The position numbers and the translations under genes are program-made. 64,000 bases of DNA, taken from the NCBI GenBank assembly GCA_001004885.1, contig LCRX01000001.1, forward strand, positions 9,849 to 73,848. Direction: 5' to 3'. Below are positions 19,539-29,012 of this stretch, piece by piece. The stretch comes from Candidatus Magasanikbacteria bacterium GW2011_GWA2_56_11 (GTDB lineage: Bacteria > Patescibacteriota > Patescibacteriia > Magasanikbacterales > UBA922). Position 1 is the stretch's first letter; the number at the start of each line of letters is the position of its first letter. Below the pieces are notes generated by a model. It ran no database searches, was not told the origin of the DNA, and saw only the letters and a list, made by a program, of their open reading frames with translations.

Positions 19539-20390
19539 ATGGCCCCGAGCACCGCGGTTCCGGAAACCTATGGCACGCCCTGGAAAAAGATCGCGGCTAA
19601 TTGGGCGAAACTTGGCGATGGTAACCATCCATCGCCTCACGATTTGGCTATTTATAAAAAGTACATGGATCAGGCGATCGCAAATGTGGCCGAGCCGCGC
19701 GTCGTGGTGTTTGGAGCGACGCCGGAGCTTCGGGATATGCTCGCGCGCGAGAGAGGGATTGCGGTGACGGTTCTCGATCTTAATTTAGAGATGATCCGGG
19801 CCATGACCGAGCTTATGACCGAGGCGCCGGACCGGGAGACCTGGATCGAGGGGAACTGGCTGGAAGCCCGGCTACCCAGCAACACTTATCAGGTGGTGTT
19901 TGGCGATCAAATTCGGGGCAATGTCCCGTTTGCCCGGCAAGAGGATCTTTACCGCACGATCCACCGAATTCTCGCCCCGGGCGGCGCGCATGTTACCCGC
20001 GATACCAGTCATTTGCCGGAGACCCGTATCCATGATCCGGAAGAGCTAATTGCCAAGTTCGCGGCCGTCCCCTCGACGAAAGAGACGCTGACCGAGTTCA
20101 TGAATACACTTCTCTTTTTGACTCATCGAAATCCAGAGTCAACGACCGATCGGATGTTCTCTCTCCTTGAAAGACATCTGGACCAGCCTTTTATCCGCTC
20201 GTACTACGAACAGATTACGGAAATTCTACCGCGCGGCCAGTCGTGGAATATCGGCCGAAGCTGGGACGAGGTTAGCCGGTCGCTGCTGCGGTATTTTGAA
20301 ATTGCCGACAAGGAACAGGACGATACCGTTTTTGCCGATACCACTTACGTCTATAACTTAAAACCGCGCGCGATAAGTAACTTATCTTGA
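19539..20390 (+). CDS. SAM-methyltransferase-like paralog 3
   Basis: VVVFGATPELRDML; TVLDLNLEMIRAM; YQVVFGDQIRGNV; LAPGGAHV. Confidence 0.55.
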   Translation: MAPSTAVPETYGTPWKKIAANWAKLGDGNHPSPHDLAIYKKYMDQAIANVAEPRVVVFGATPELRDMLARERGIAVTVLDLNLEMIRAMTELMTEAPDRETWIEGNWLEARLPSNTYQVVFGDQIRGNVPFARQEDLYRTIHRILAPGGAHVTRDTSHLPETRIHDPEELIAKFAAVPSTKETLTEFMNTLLFLTHRNPESTTDRMFSLLERHLDQPFIRSYYEQITEILPRGQSWNIGRSWDEVSRSLLRYFEIADKEQDDTVFADTTYVYNLKPRAISNLS

Positions 20391-20393
20391 TTT

Positions 20394-21203
20394 ATGGCCA
20401 TCGCCAACTGGCAACCGACCAAAGCAGAATTTTGGAAAAATCTTCCCGCCCCGGCGCGGCCGTGGCCGAGCGAAGTCGCATGGTTTGAAAAGTATATTCT
20501 CGAGAAGAAGGCCAACGGGCCGGTGGACGTCCTTATTTTAGGTTCGACTGTCGAATTTCGCTCTTTGTGCCACCAGCACGGCGCGCGCGTGCACATAGTG
20601 GATTTTTCCGATAAGTTCTATCGGATACTGTCCGAACAGCCGATGGAATATCGGGGAGAAGAGGCTTTTTACGAACAGGATTGGCGGACAATGGAGCTTG
20701 GTCGGCAGTTTGATCTAATTTTCGGAGACTGGGTGCCGGGGGTGCTCCACACCGTCGATTACGATGTATTTTTCAAACGCATCGTCGCGCATCTCAAAGA
20801 CGACGGATTATTTATCGCCCGCGAGTGCCTTCGCCCCGATCGCACGGTCGTCGATTTGGCCGCCGTGGTCAAGAAACACAACGCCGAATACGCCGACAAG
20901 TACTCTTTTTACGAAAGCTCAATGCAGTATGTTTACGGGTACCGCCCCGACCCGGTCACGGCGATGTGGGATATTCCCGCGGCCCAGTCGGCGCTCGATA
21001 AAGTCCACGCGGACGGTCTTCTCAAAGACAGCGACTATGATTTTTTTACCCGGGCGCTCGCGGTCGAGAAAAGTCCGGCTTCGATCATGGTGGCGGAGGA
21101 TTTTGACCGGGAGGTACAAGGGTACTTTGTTATCCAGGCAAAGCATTTCGGCAACGAGCCGTCGCATAATTGGTACCCTGTTTATGTGTTGAAGAAAAAA
21201 TGA
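20394..21203 (+). CDS. SAM-methyltransferase-like paralog 4
   Basis: LPAPARPWPSE; VLILGSTVEFRSLC; HIVDFSDKF; FDLIFGDWVPGVLH; LKDDGLF. Confidence 0.55.
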   Translation: MAIANWQPTKAEFWKNLPAPARPWPSEVAWFEKYILEKKANGPVDVLILGSTVEFRSLCHQHGARVHIVDFSDKFYRILSEQPMEYRGEEAFYEQDWRTMELGRQFDLIFGDWVPGVLHTVDYDVFFKRIVAHLKDDGLFIARECLRPDRTVVDLAAVVKKHNAEYADKYSFYESSMQYVYGYRPDPVTAMWDIPAAQSALDKVHADGLLKDSDYDFFTRALAVEKSPASIMVAEDFDREVQGYFVIQAKHFGNEPSHNWYPVYVLKKK

Positions 21204-22033
21204 ATATGCCGACCGCACTTTCGAGCACTAAAACCAATTGGAATTACGCCGAAATTTGGGACCAATTCCCGGTGCCGGCTAGGCCGACTCCGTCGGAGAT
21301 TAAACTTTTGGAGAGCGAATTAAAACGTCGCCTGGCCAAAAACAGCCGTCTAAAGCTGCTGATCTTGGGATCAACGATTGAGTACCGTTCGTTAGCCCGG
21401 CATTTGGGCGTTAAACCATACGTGGCGGATTTTTCCCGCGCCAATTACGAGGCCCTGACCGCCTTTTCGCGGGAAAAATTTCCCGGGGAGCATTTCATCG
21501 AAATCAACTGGCTGGATATTGCCGCCGACGGCACGTATGACGTCATAGTCGGACACCGGGTCATGAACGTTGTTAAACATACGGATCTGGTCCGCATGTT
21601 TGCTGTTATGCACCGGGCGCTCAAGCCTGAAGGCGTCTATTTTTGCCGAGGCAATGTCTGGCTGCCCAAAGACAAAGATCGGCTGGCCGAATTGGTGAAA
21701 GCCTACGCTTTTAAGAAACGCCGGCCGCACCCGCTGTTCACGTATTTGGAAGTCGCGTTGTATTTCCATTCGGCCGATCGCCGTGGGTATGTTAATTATC
21801 CGCTGGCTCGCCGCCTGGCGAAAGAGTGGCTGAAAGACGGTCGGATATCCCGCGCTGATTACGAACGGACGACCCCGCTCATTTCCATGCCCAAGGGCAC
21901 CAAGTTTCGCGGGTTAATTCGTCGCGAGGAGATAGTCGCTGCCTATACGGCCGCGGGTTTCAAGCAAGTTTCCTGGCTGTTCACCAGGGAAGATTATTGC
22001 CGGAATATGCCGATTATCAAGTTAAGCAAATAA
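21200..22033 (+). CDS. SAM-methyltransferase-like paralog 5 (ATGA start/stop overlap with paralog 4)
   Basis: FPVPARPTPSE; LLILGSTIEYRSLA; YVADFSRAN; YDVIVGHRVMNVV; LKPEGVYF. Confidence 0.55.
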   Translation: MNMPTALSSTKTNWNYAEIWDQFPVPARPTPSEIKLLESELKRRLAKNSRLKLLILGSTIEYRSLARHLGVKPYVADFSRANYEALTAFSREKFPGEHFIEINWLDIAADGTYDVIVGHRVMNVVKHTDLVRMFAVMHRALKPEGVYFCRGNVWLPKDKDRLAELVKAYAFKKRRPHPLFTYLEVALYFHSADRRGYVNYPLARRLAKEWLKDGRISRADYERTTPLISMPKGTKFRGLIRREEIVAAYTAAGFKQVSWLFTREDYCRNMPIIKLSK

Positions 22034-22036
22034 ATT

Positions 22037-22894
22037 ATGCCCGCAAAGGAAACGTTTGCCACGCCTTGGAAAGACCTCGCGAACCGTTGGGAAGCGTATT
22101 ACACGCCGCCGGGCCGGCCGTCGCCTGAAGATTGCCAGCTCTACGCTAAATACGTCCGTCGGGCCCTGGGAAAAAAGAAGTCTGGCCGGGCGCTCGTATT
22201 AGGCGCCACACCCGAGATCCGTAATTTGCTCCATAAACTGCCGGTCGAAGTAACGTCGCTCGACATCAATTTGGAAATGATACTCGCCATGAATCGCTTT
22301 GTCCCGCAGTGCGAGAAGGATATTTTGGTCCGCGGCAGCTGGGTGGATAATCCGCTCAAGAGTGGCTATTTTGACGCGGTTATCGGGGATTATTCGTGGT
22401 CGAATGTTCCCCGACGCCAGTGGACTCAGTTTAATGAGACGGTCGCGAGGCTTCTTACGCCAGCCGGGCTTTACGTCCATCGCGTTCATTTGGTGCCGGA
22501 CGGCTGGCAACGCGAATCGGCGTTGCCGATAGTTCAAGATTATGCCAGTCGGCCATACAGCCGGCAGCTGGCATTTGAATTGTTTTTTAAACTGCTCACT
22601 AATACTTACAACAAACGCGATCGCAGCGTATCGATGCGGCGAATTTGGGATGATCTGGCTTCATTTTGGCGCGCCGGGAAATTTGTGAGGGGGGCGTCAA
22701 TTCCAGGCGCCGGCCGGCTGTTGGCTGACCTGCATAAATTTTGGGGTACGACTGACAAAACGTGGCAGATTGGATATAAGAGCGATCTCCTGGCTGACAT
22801 CGGTCCCTATTTTCAACTCGGCGAAAGCGTCAAGGCAAACGATTATGACGATGCCGGCTGCGTCGAGATGTGGATATGCCGGAAAAGGCCGTAA
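22037..22894 (+). CDS. SAM-methyltransferase-like paralog 6
   Basis: YTPPGRPSPED; ALVLGATPEIRNLL; VTSLDINLEMILAM; FDAVIGDYSWSNV; LTPAGLYV. Confidence 0.55.
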   Translation: MPAKETFATPWKDLANRWEAYYTPPGRPSPEDCQLYAKYVRRALGKKKSGRALVLGATPEIRNLLHKLPVEVTSLDINLEMILAMNRFVPQCEKDILVRGSWVDNPLKSGYFDAVIGDYSWSNVPRRQWTQFNETVARLLTPAGLYVHRVHLVPDGWQRESALPIVQDYASRPYSRQLAFELFFKLLTNTYNKRDRSVSMRRIWDDLASFWRAGKFVRGASIPGAGRLLADLHKFWGTTDKTWQIGYKSDLLADIGPYFQLGESVKANDYDDAGCVEMWICRKRP

Positions 22895-22903
22895 ACTTTG
22901 CTT

Positions 22904-23770
22904 ATGGCTGGTTACATTGACCAAAAAAAAGACGAATGGAGCGGACAAGTCGCAGCCGCCCGGACAAAGGACCGGTCGCAGTACCCGGGCGGGCCGTCCG
23001 CGAGTCCGGCGATTTTGGCGACCTACGCGCGCCTGATCAACTCGGCTATCGCCGGCAAACAGGCATTCACGGCCTGCGTCCTCGGGGCAACGCCGGAACT
23101 CAGGGACATGGTTCTCGAACGCGGCGGCAATTTGACGACGCTCGACATCAGCGACGAGATGATAGCCAAATGCGCGCCGCTCATGCGCCACCAAGAAAAT
23201 ACTCGCGAAACCGTGCGGATCGCGAGCTGGCTTGATGCTTCGCTTCCGGCCGCCGCGTTCGATTTGGTCCTCGGCGACGGTGCGTCGAACAATATTCCGC
23301 CGGACAAACAAACCGAGTTTTTTGCCAACCTTCGCCGGCTGCTTCGTCCGGGCGGGACTTTGGTTCTGCGCGAGGGCGTTATTCATCCGGACCGCCCGGT
23401 CCGGACAGTGGCCGAGATCAGCCGGGAATTTGACGAAGGCGGCGCGCACTGGTTCGATACCTTTTACGACCTTTATTTGTACAGCGAACTTACCCCTCGC
23501 TACCGCGACCCGGAGACGAGCCGGACCAATCTGGGCGCCTTTTGGGAAGAAATCCGGCAAGCCCGTGAATCCGGCGGTCTTGGCCAGGCCGCTTTCGAGG
23601 CCATGTGGTGGTTCCGCGGTAAAATTATCCATACCATTTATCTGAAACCGGAGTTGGAGAAGTTGATGGCCGGTCATTTTTTCCTTTCTCCGGTGGCTCC
23701 CGATCCCGATCATCTGCGGATGACAAAGGATAGCTGGTTATTTTTCGCGGGCCGGCCGCGTAATCCATAA
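22904..23770 (+). CDS. SAM-methyltransferase-like paralog 7 (ATG 22904; TTG 22898 also possible)
   Basis: ACVLGATPELRDMV; TTLDISDEMIAKC; FDLVLGDGASNNIP; LRPGGTLVL. Confidence 0.55.
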   Translation: MAGYIDQKKDEWSGQVAAARTKDRSQYPGGPSASPAILATYARLINSAIAGKQAFTACVLGATPELRDMVLERGGNLTTLDISDEMIAKCAPLMRHQENTRETVRIASWLDASLPAAAFDLVLGDGASNNIPPDKQTEFFANLRRLLRPGGTLVLREGVIHPDRPVRTVAEISREFDEGGAHWFDTFYDLYLYSELTPRYRDPETSRTNLGAFWEEIRQARESGGLGQAAFEAMWWFRGKIIHTIYLKPELEKLMAGHFFLSPVAPDPDHLRMTKDSWLFFAGRPRNP

Positions 23771-24621
23771 TGTCAACCGCTATGAGTCAACCGCAAAGCT
23801 GGACGCCGATCGCGGACAATCGGGCGCGTCCCGGGAATCGTGTGCCGCCGTTCGCGCCTTCGAGCGCCGAGCTTGGCGTATATGCTAAGTACGTCGGAAG
23901 AGTCCGGGAAAACCCCAGTCTGCCGCCGCGGGCGCTCATCTTGGGGTCGACTCCGGAGCTGCGTGATCTCACGATAAGCGCCGGGCTCGAAGCGCACGCC
24001 CTGGATATCAGCCCCGAGATGCTGGTTAAATTTTCGGCTCTCATGGAGCACGCCGGAAGCGAGCTCGATAAACGCCATCTCGGCGACTGGCGGGCGACCG
24101 AATTTCCCGCCGGTTACTTTGGTTTAGTTTTCGGCGACGGATCGCTAATGAGTCTCGCCAGCCGCGAAGACAATGAAACTGTTGTCGGAAGGTGCGCGCG
24201 AAGTCTCTCGCCTGGGGGTTATCTGGTGGCGCGCAACAGTTGCTTTGTTTCGGATTACGACGGTTATCGCGATGCGTCTGCCCTGGTCGGGGATTACCGC
24301 GCGGGCAAATTGACCTGGAATGATCTTTTTATGGAGCTAAGGTTTTTCGTTTTTAAAGATCAGGCGTACAATCCGGCAAACTTCCAGTACGACGCCGGTG
24401 TGACTTTCCGGCGCATAGACGAGCTTCAGGCCGCCGGTCTTTTGCCCGACGGGGAGTACAAGCGCATCAATGAATTCAGGAATTCCATAATCAATACCGT
24501 TTACCCGGAGGCGGAATTCGTCTCCATGGTTGGACGCCATGGTTTCCGACTCGAGGAAACTTTTCACGACGGACCGGAGTTGTTTTTCCGCCATTTTTTT
24601 ATGCTGGCGTTTGCCCGGTAG
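23770..24621 (+). CDS. SAM-methyltransferase-like paralog 8 (TAATG overlap with paralog 7)
   Basis: ALILGSTPELRDLT; HALDISPEMLVKF; FGLVFGDGSLMSL; LSPGGYLVA. Confidence 0.55.
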   Translation: MSTAMSQPQSWTPIADNRARPGNRVPPFAPSSAELGVYAKYVGRVRENPSLPPRALILGSTPELRDLTISAGLEAHALDISPEMLVKFSALMEHAGSELDKRHLGDWRATEFPAGYFGLVFGDGSLMSLASREDNETVVGRCARSLSPGGYLVARNSCFVSDYDGYRDASALVGDYRAGKLTWNDLFMELRFFVFKDQAYNPANFQYDAGVTFRRIDELQAAGLLPDGEYKRINEFRNSIINTVYPEAEFVSMVGRHGFRLEETFHDGPELFFRHFFMLAFAR

Positions 24622-24636
24622 GGCCGGCTTATTTCT

Positions 24637-26184
24637 TTGCCTATGGACAGGCAGAAAAAATTAACCGTGGCTACGACCAACTACGAAGTCTCGATTTGGC
24701 CCCTGTGCATGCTGGTCGAGATGCTTTCCTCTGATTTTCATAAGCTCGCCGGAGAAAATTACGGCGGGATGAAGATCCAGGAGTGGCAGAACCGGACGAA
24801 CCGCGTTGCGGTCGATCCCACGGCGCATGAGCGGATTACCCGGCTCATGCTGAAAAAAGCCGGAGAGCGTCCGGCCTGGGCCCGAGGGATACTCAAAAGG
24901 ATCCCCCGCGAGTGCCGGACGCTGCTGGCATTCACCACCGGCGTGGCCCGGTCTGATTTGACTAAAAAAAGCAACCGCGAGCTTTATGGATTGTACCGCG
25001 AGTACGAAAAACGGTTTCGGCAGATGTACCTCTATTCCTGGTTTCCGAATTCTTTGGAGGGGCCAAACAACCTTTTGACGAAAAAACTGGGGGACTATCT
25101 TGGCCGCAAATTGAAAGCTCTTGATAAGCCGGAACAGGCGAGCTCATATCTGAGCGTGCTGCTTACTCCTACGCGTTTGAGTACCAGGCAAAAAGAAGAA
25201 CGCGATCTGTTACGCCTTGTCGGACGAATTCAAAGTTCGCGGGATGCCAAGCGACTGTTTATCAGGGGAACAGACACAATCGTAGCCCGTCTTGGCGTCC
25301 TTGATCCGGTCCTGCGGCGGGCGATCCGGCGTCATCACCGTGTTTATGCTTGGATGCCGTACAATTACGATGGCCCGGCGTGGGGGATTGAGTATTTCTT
25401 GGATCGTATTCGCAGTCTGATTATTCAAAAAAATTCTGTGGACAAACTCATGAGCGCTCTTGAGGCCGAACGGCGAGGACTCATGGCTCTCCAGCGTCGG
25501 ATGTCCCGGGAGTTGAAACTAAACGAAGATACGGAGTATCGTTTTTGGATTGGCCTCGCGCGCCAGGCGATGTATCTAAAGGATTACCGTAAGGATGCCC
25601 TTTTTAAGTCCTATTTTCACATGGACAGGCTCATCCGTGAGATCGCCCTTAGATTGTACCTGTCGCCAATTCAAGTAAAACACATTTTGCCCGAAGAGAT
25701 GGAAGAGATTTTGGAAAGCGGAGAGGTAGACGCGCATCAACTCAACGAGCGTCTGGCATATTCGGTGCTTGTGCGTGATAGCACAGGCCATCGGTTATAT
25801 ACCGGAGAACAGGCGCGCACGGTTATGAAACGATACGTGAAAGAAATCCCGACGCTGCATTTGTCCGAGCTTCGCGGCGAGGTTGCCTACTTTGGCAAAG
25901 CGCATGGCGAGGTCTGTATAGTGTTTACGACGGCCGATATGGCCAAGATGAAGCCCGGGGATGTACTGGTATCGGTCGCGACCAATCCCAACTTGCTTCC
26001 GGCCATGCGCCTCGCTGGCGCAATCGTTACTGACAGGGGCGGAATTACGAGCCACGCCGCTGTGATCGCGCGGGAATTGAAGATACCCTGTGTTACCGGA
26101 ACGAAGACAGCCACGCAGGTCTTTAAAGACGGCGATCTCGTAGAAGTCGATGCCGAAGCCGGTATTGTCCGGCGGCTCGGTTAG
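24637..26184 (+). CDS. Protein with unrecognised ~400-aa N-terminal region and C-terminal PEP-utilizing enzyme mobile (phospho-His swivel) domain
   Basis: C-terminus ...VTDRGGITSHAAVIARELKIPCVTGTKTATQ... matches PEP-utilizers mobile-domain TSHAA His motif; no ATP-grasp/PPDK N-domain recognised. Confidence 0.6.
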   Translation: MPMDRQKKLTVATTNYEVSIWPLCMLVEMLSSDFHKLAGENYGGMKIQEWQNRTNRVAVDPTAHERITRLMLKKAGERPAWARGILKRIPRECRTLLAFTTGVARSDLTKKSNRELYGLYREYEKRFRQMYLYSWFPNSLEGPNNLLTKKLGDYLGRKLKALDKPEQASSYLSVLLTPTRLSTRQKEERDLLRLVGRIQSSRDAKRLFIRGTDTIVARLGVLDPVLRRAIRRHHRVYAWMPYNYDGPAWGIEYFLDRIRSLIIQKNSVDKLMSALEAERRGLMALQRRMSRELKLNEDTEYRFWIGLARQAMYLKDYRKDALFKSYFHMDRLIREIALRLYLSPIQVKHILPEEMEEILESGEVDAHQLNERLAYSVLVRDSTGHRLYTGEQARTVMKRYVKEIPTLHLSELRGEVAYFGKAHGEVCIVFTTADMAKMKPGDVLVSVATNPNLLPAMRLAGAIVTDRGGITSHAAVIARELKIPCVTGTKTATQVFKDGDLVEVDAEAGIVRRLG

Positions 26185-26300
26185 TGTCCATCCGCTGTCA
26201 AAGCAGATTATTGAAGCGTATCTCTCCTCAAGACCGGACTCTTCCGGTATTCAGGATGGATTGCCGGCACAGAGTCGTGGAACTCGATGTACCGGCTTGG

Positions 26301-26858
26301 TCAGGGGTTGAAGACCTCGACAGCGGTTGTCGAGTCCGAGATTAGTTCGGTCGTCTGCGGATCGTGTATGAAGAGCACGGTCCCGGGCGCGAGCCAGCTC
26401 CGGTCTACCGGCTGCTCGACCCAGTCCCGGACGCCTTTCTGGATCGCGGTCCGGGAGGCGATTACGAGCAGCGCCTGCTCGCGGCTAGTTTGCCGCGAGC
26501 GCTCATTGCGTCTGCTGTCGAGCTCGCTGATGCGGTCGCCGACAACCTGGCCGGAGCTCTTGGCCGCGAGTTCACTCTGCGGGCCAAAAGTGGTTACCTC
26601 GATGCCCTGGGCGACCAGGGTGCCGGTCAAGATATCGGCCGCCAGCAGGTAGCGCGGCAGAGCGCCGTGAGCCAGGCAGACAGCGCGGACGCCGCGTTTC
26701 CGGCAGAGTTTGGCCACCAGCGCGGCAGAGCGCAGCAGACGCCGCCGCAGTCCGATACAGACAAAAAATTCCATCTGGTCTTCTTTCCGGGTCATCTTGA
26801 CCCCACAACGTTGGTCCCCTTGCTCCCTGCTTGGGAACCCATAACCGCGCCCGGACAC
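26301..26858 (-). CDS. Hypothetical protein; possible CX5R phosphatase-like loop (FFVCIGLRRRL); start uncertain
   Basis: minus-strand ORF has more protein-like composition than overlapping plus ORF 26364-27101; weak CX5R match only. Confidence 0.25.
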   Translation of the reverse strand: MSGRGYGFPSREQGDQRCGVKMTRKEDQMEFFVCIGLRRRLLRSAALVAKLCRKRGVRAVCLAHGALPRYLLAADILTGTLVAQGIEVTTFGPQSELAAKSSGQVVGDRISELDSRRNERSRQTSREQALLVIASRTAIQKGVRDWVEQPVDRSWLAPGTVLFIHDPQTTELISDSTTAVEVFNP

Positions 26859-27008
26859 TGGGTGAGATTATGGATTTTCAAGCTATTGAAGCCGGCGGCG
26901 TATAAAGAACAGGGAGCAGAAGATTGTATCTTCTTACCTTGCTTTTGTCAAGCGGCAACGGTATACTGGCTCATATTAGAACTCATAGCGAGTCTCTCCT
27001 TTCGCCTC

Positions 27009-27088
27009 AAACATAGACTGGTTTTCACGGCACCAAAACTCGCTCTTACAGGCTCAGACATTGGTGCCGCGAAAACCAGTCTATGTTT
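27009..27088. repeat. 28-bp imperfect inverted repeat (1 mismatch) with 23-nt spacer
   Basis: AAACATAGACTGGTTTTCACGGCACCAA ... TTGGTGCCGCGAAAACCAGTCTATGTTT read directly, ~50 bp upstream of acyP. Confidence 0.8.
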
Positions 27089-27139
27089 CGGCTCGGCTTA
27101 GGATAGAATTGCTAATAATTCACTACCAGTTCTTACTTA

Positions 27140-27460
27140 ATGACGCGCAAACGCCTTTTTCTTACGGTCTATGGCGACGTGCAGGGAGTCGGCTTCCGTT
27201 GGCACACGATGAAAAAAGCCGTCGAACTCCAGCTTACCGGCTGGGTGCGAAACGAACGCGACGGCAGCGTCTCGATTGCCGCCGCCGGAGACGAAGACAA
27301 GCTGCTTGAACTTCGAGCCTGGGCTCTTCGCGGTCCGCGGCCTGCGCGGGTGGAGCGGATAGAGGAGCGGTGGGAAGACGTTCCGCCTTTGGCCCCGGGA
27401 GCCGACCCGGCAGAGACCGAAGACCAGCCGGAGAGTGATTTCCGCATCAAATACTATTAG
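27140..27460 (+). CDS. acyP: Acylphosphatase
   Basis: VYGDVQGVGFRWHT...GWVRNERDGSVSI matches acylphosphatase signatures. Confidence 0.8.
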   Translation: MTRKRLFLTVYGDVQGVGFRWHTMKKAVELQLTGWVRNERDGSVSIAAAGDEDKLLELRAWALRGPRPARVERIEERWEDVPPLAPGADPAETEDQPESDFRIKYY

Positions 27461-27468
27461 ATTATAAC

Positions 27469-29010
27469 TTGATGCTCACCGATTACCAGCGTTACCGCCT
27501 CTACGAGATTCTGCCGGGATTGTCTGTCTGGGTAACGCTATTCGCGGCCCTGGCGTTGGCTTTCGTCCGGCCGCTCTGGATGATTTATTTTATCATCCTG
27601 TTTGATATTTATTGGGTGCTAAAGGTGCTCAATTTTTCTTTTTATCTTTTGGTCGCCTGGCGCCGCTTCCACGCGGTCGGCCGCACCGACTGGAAAACGG
27701 CGCTCAAACAGGAGCTCCGCAACTGGGAGGACAAGCGCCACGTGATATTTCTCACGCTCTACAACGAAGAGTGGAGCGTAGTCCGAAGCTCTATTGAGAG
27801 CATCGCGCGCGGAGTGTACGACCGGAGCAAATTTGTGATCGTAGTGGCCGGAGAAGAGCGTACGCGCGCGCACTTTGACGAGATCTGCCGGCTGGTGCGC
27901 TCCGAGTTCGGCGCTTCGTTCGCCGATATCCTCTGTACGCTCCACCCCCTGAATCTCGAAGGTGAAATTCCGGGCAAAGGTTCGAATCTGCACTACGCCG
28001 AGCGGGAGGTCAAAAAATACATTGATGCCAAAGGTTGGGACTACGACCAGGTCGTAATCACGATTTTCGATATCGATACGGTGGTGCACGAGCAGTACTT
28101 CGGCTATCTCACGTACGCTTACTGTACCAATCCGCGCCCCACGCGCACTTCATACCAGCCGATTGCGCTGTATAACAACAACATGTGGGAATCGCCGGCC
28201 GTGCTGCGCGTGATGGCTTTCGGCACCACGTTTTGGCTTTTTACCACGCTCGCGCGCCAGGACGCGCTGGTAACTTTTTCGTCGCATTCGATGAGCTTTC
28301 GCGCGCTCGTCGACGCCGGGTTCCACGATCGCCGGATAGTCAGCGAGGACTCGCGCATATTTTACCAGTGTTATCTCGCCTACAACGGCGATTACGCCGT
28401 TGTCCCGCTCTACATCCCCGTTTCCATGGATACGGTGCGCGATGATTCCTGGTGGAAGAGCCTGCGGAACCTGTATCGCCAGCAGCGGCGCTGGGCCTGG
28501 GGCGTGGAGCACGTGCCCTATCTTCTCTGGGAATTCCGCCGGAAAGGCAAGCTCATACCCTGGTGGAAGAAGTTTAAGTGGATATTTATCGAGTGGGAAG
28601 GAAAATGGTCGTGGTGCCTGGTCGCGCTTCTTATTACCATCCTCGGCCGCCTTCCCATGTGGGTCGCGCCCGAGTCGGTGCGCCAGAGCGCGCTCTATTT
28701 CAACGCGCCCCACATCCTGGAGGTGCTCATGACGATCGCCATGCTCGGCATGATTCTGTCGGCCATGTTCAGCCTGCCGCTTTTGCCCCAGAAACCCGAA
28801 AGCCATCCGCGCCATATGTACCTTATTATGGTTACGCAATGGCTGCTCTTGCCGGTAACATTAATTTTTGTCAGCGCCATTCCGGCGATTGACGCCGTAA
28901 CTCATCTGATGTTCGGGCGCTATTTGGGTTTTAACGTTTCGCAGAAAAAGCGGGGAGGAAATAAAAACCGGCCTTCGCTCCGGCCGATTACGTCTTTAAC
29001 AACGAAATAA
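27469..29010 (+). CDS. Membrane-bound processive family-2 glycosyltransferase (cellulose/chitin-synthase-like)
   Basis: DxD-type FDIDTVV and QQRRWAWG (QxxRW) motif; multiple TM helices both ends. Confidence 0.75.
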   Translation: MMLTDYQRYRLYEILPGLSVWVTLFAALALAFVRPLWMIYFIILFDIYWVLKVLNFSFYLLVAWRRFHAVGRTDWKTALKQELRNWEDKRHVIFLTLYNEEWSVVRSSIESIARGVYDRSKFVIVVAGEERTRAHFDEICRLVRSEFGASFADILCTLHPLNLEGEIPGKGSNLHYAEREVKKYIDAKGWDYDQVVITIFDIDTVVHEQYFGYLTYAYCTNPRPTRTSYQPIALYNNNMWESPAVLRVMAFGTTFWLFTTLARQDALVTFSSHSMSFRALVDAGFHDRRIVSEDSRIFYQCYLAYNGDYAVVPLYIPVSMDTVRDDSWWKSLRNLYRQQRRWAWGVEHVPYLLWEFRRKGKLIPWWKKFKWIFIEWEGKWSWCLVALLITILGRLPMWVAPESVRQSALYFNAPHILEVLMTIAMLGMILSAMFSLPLLPQKPESHPRHMYLIMVTQWLLLPVTLIFVSAIPAIDAVTHLMFGRYLGFNVSQKKRGGNKNRPSLRPITSLTTK

Positions 29011-29012
29011 GT

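Noticed and set aside
26364-27101. 245-aa plus-strand ORF overlapping the minus-strand 185-aa ORF
   Set aside because: Composition (Ala/Arg/Gln-rich, no motifs) looks like an antisense artefact. It extends through the long inverted repeat and intergenic region. I kept the minus-strand ORF, and only at low confidence.
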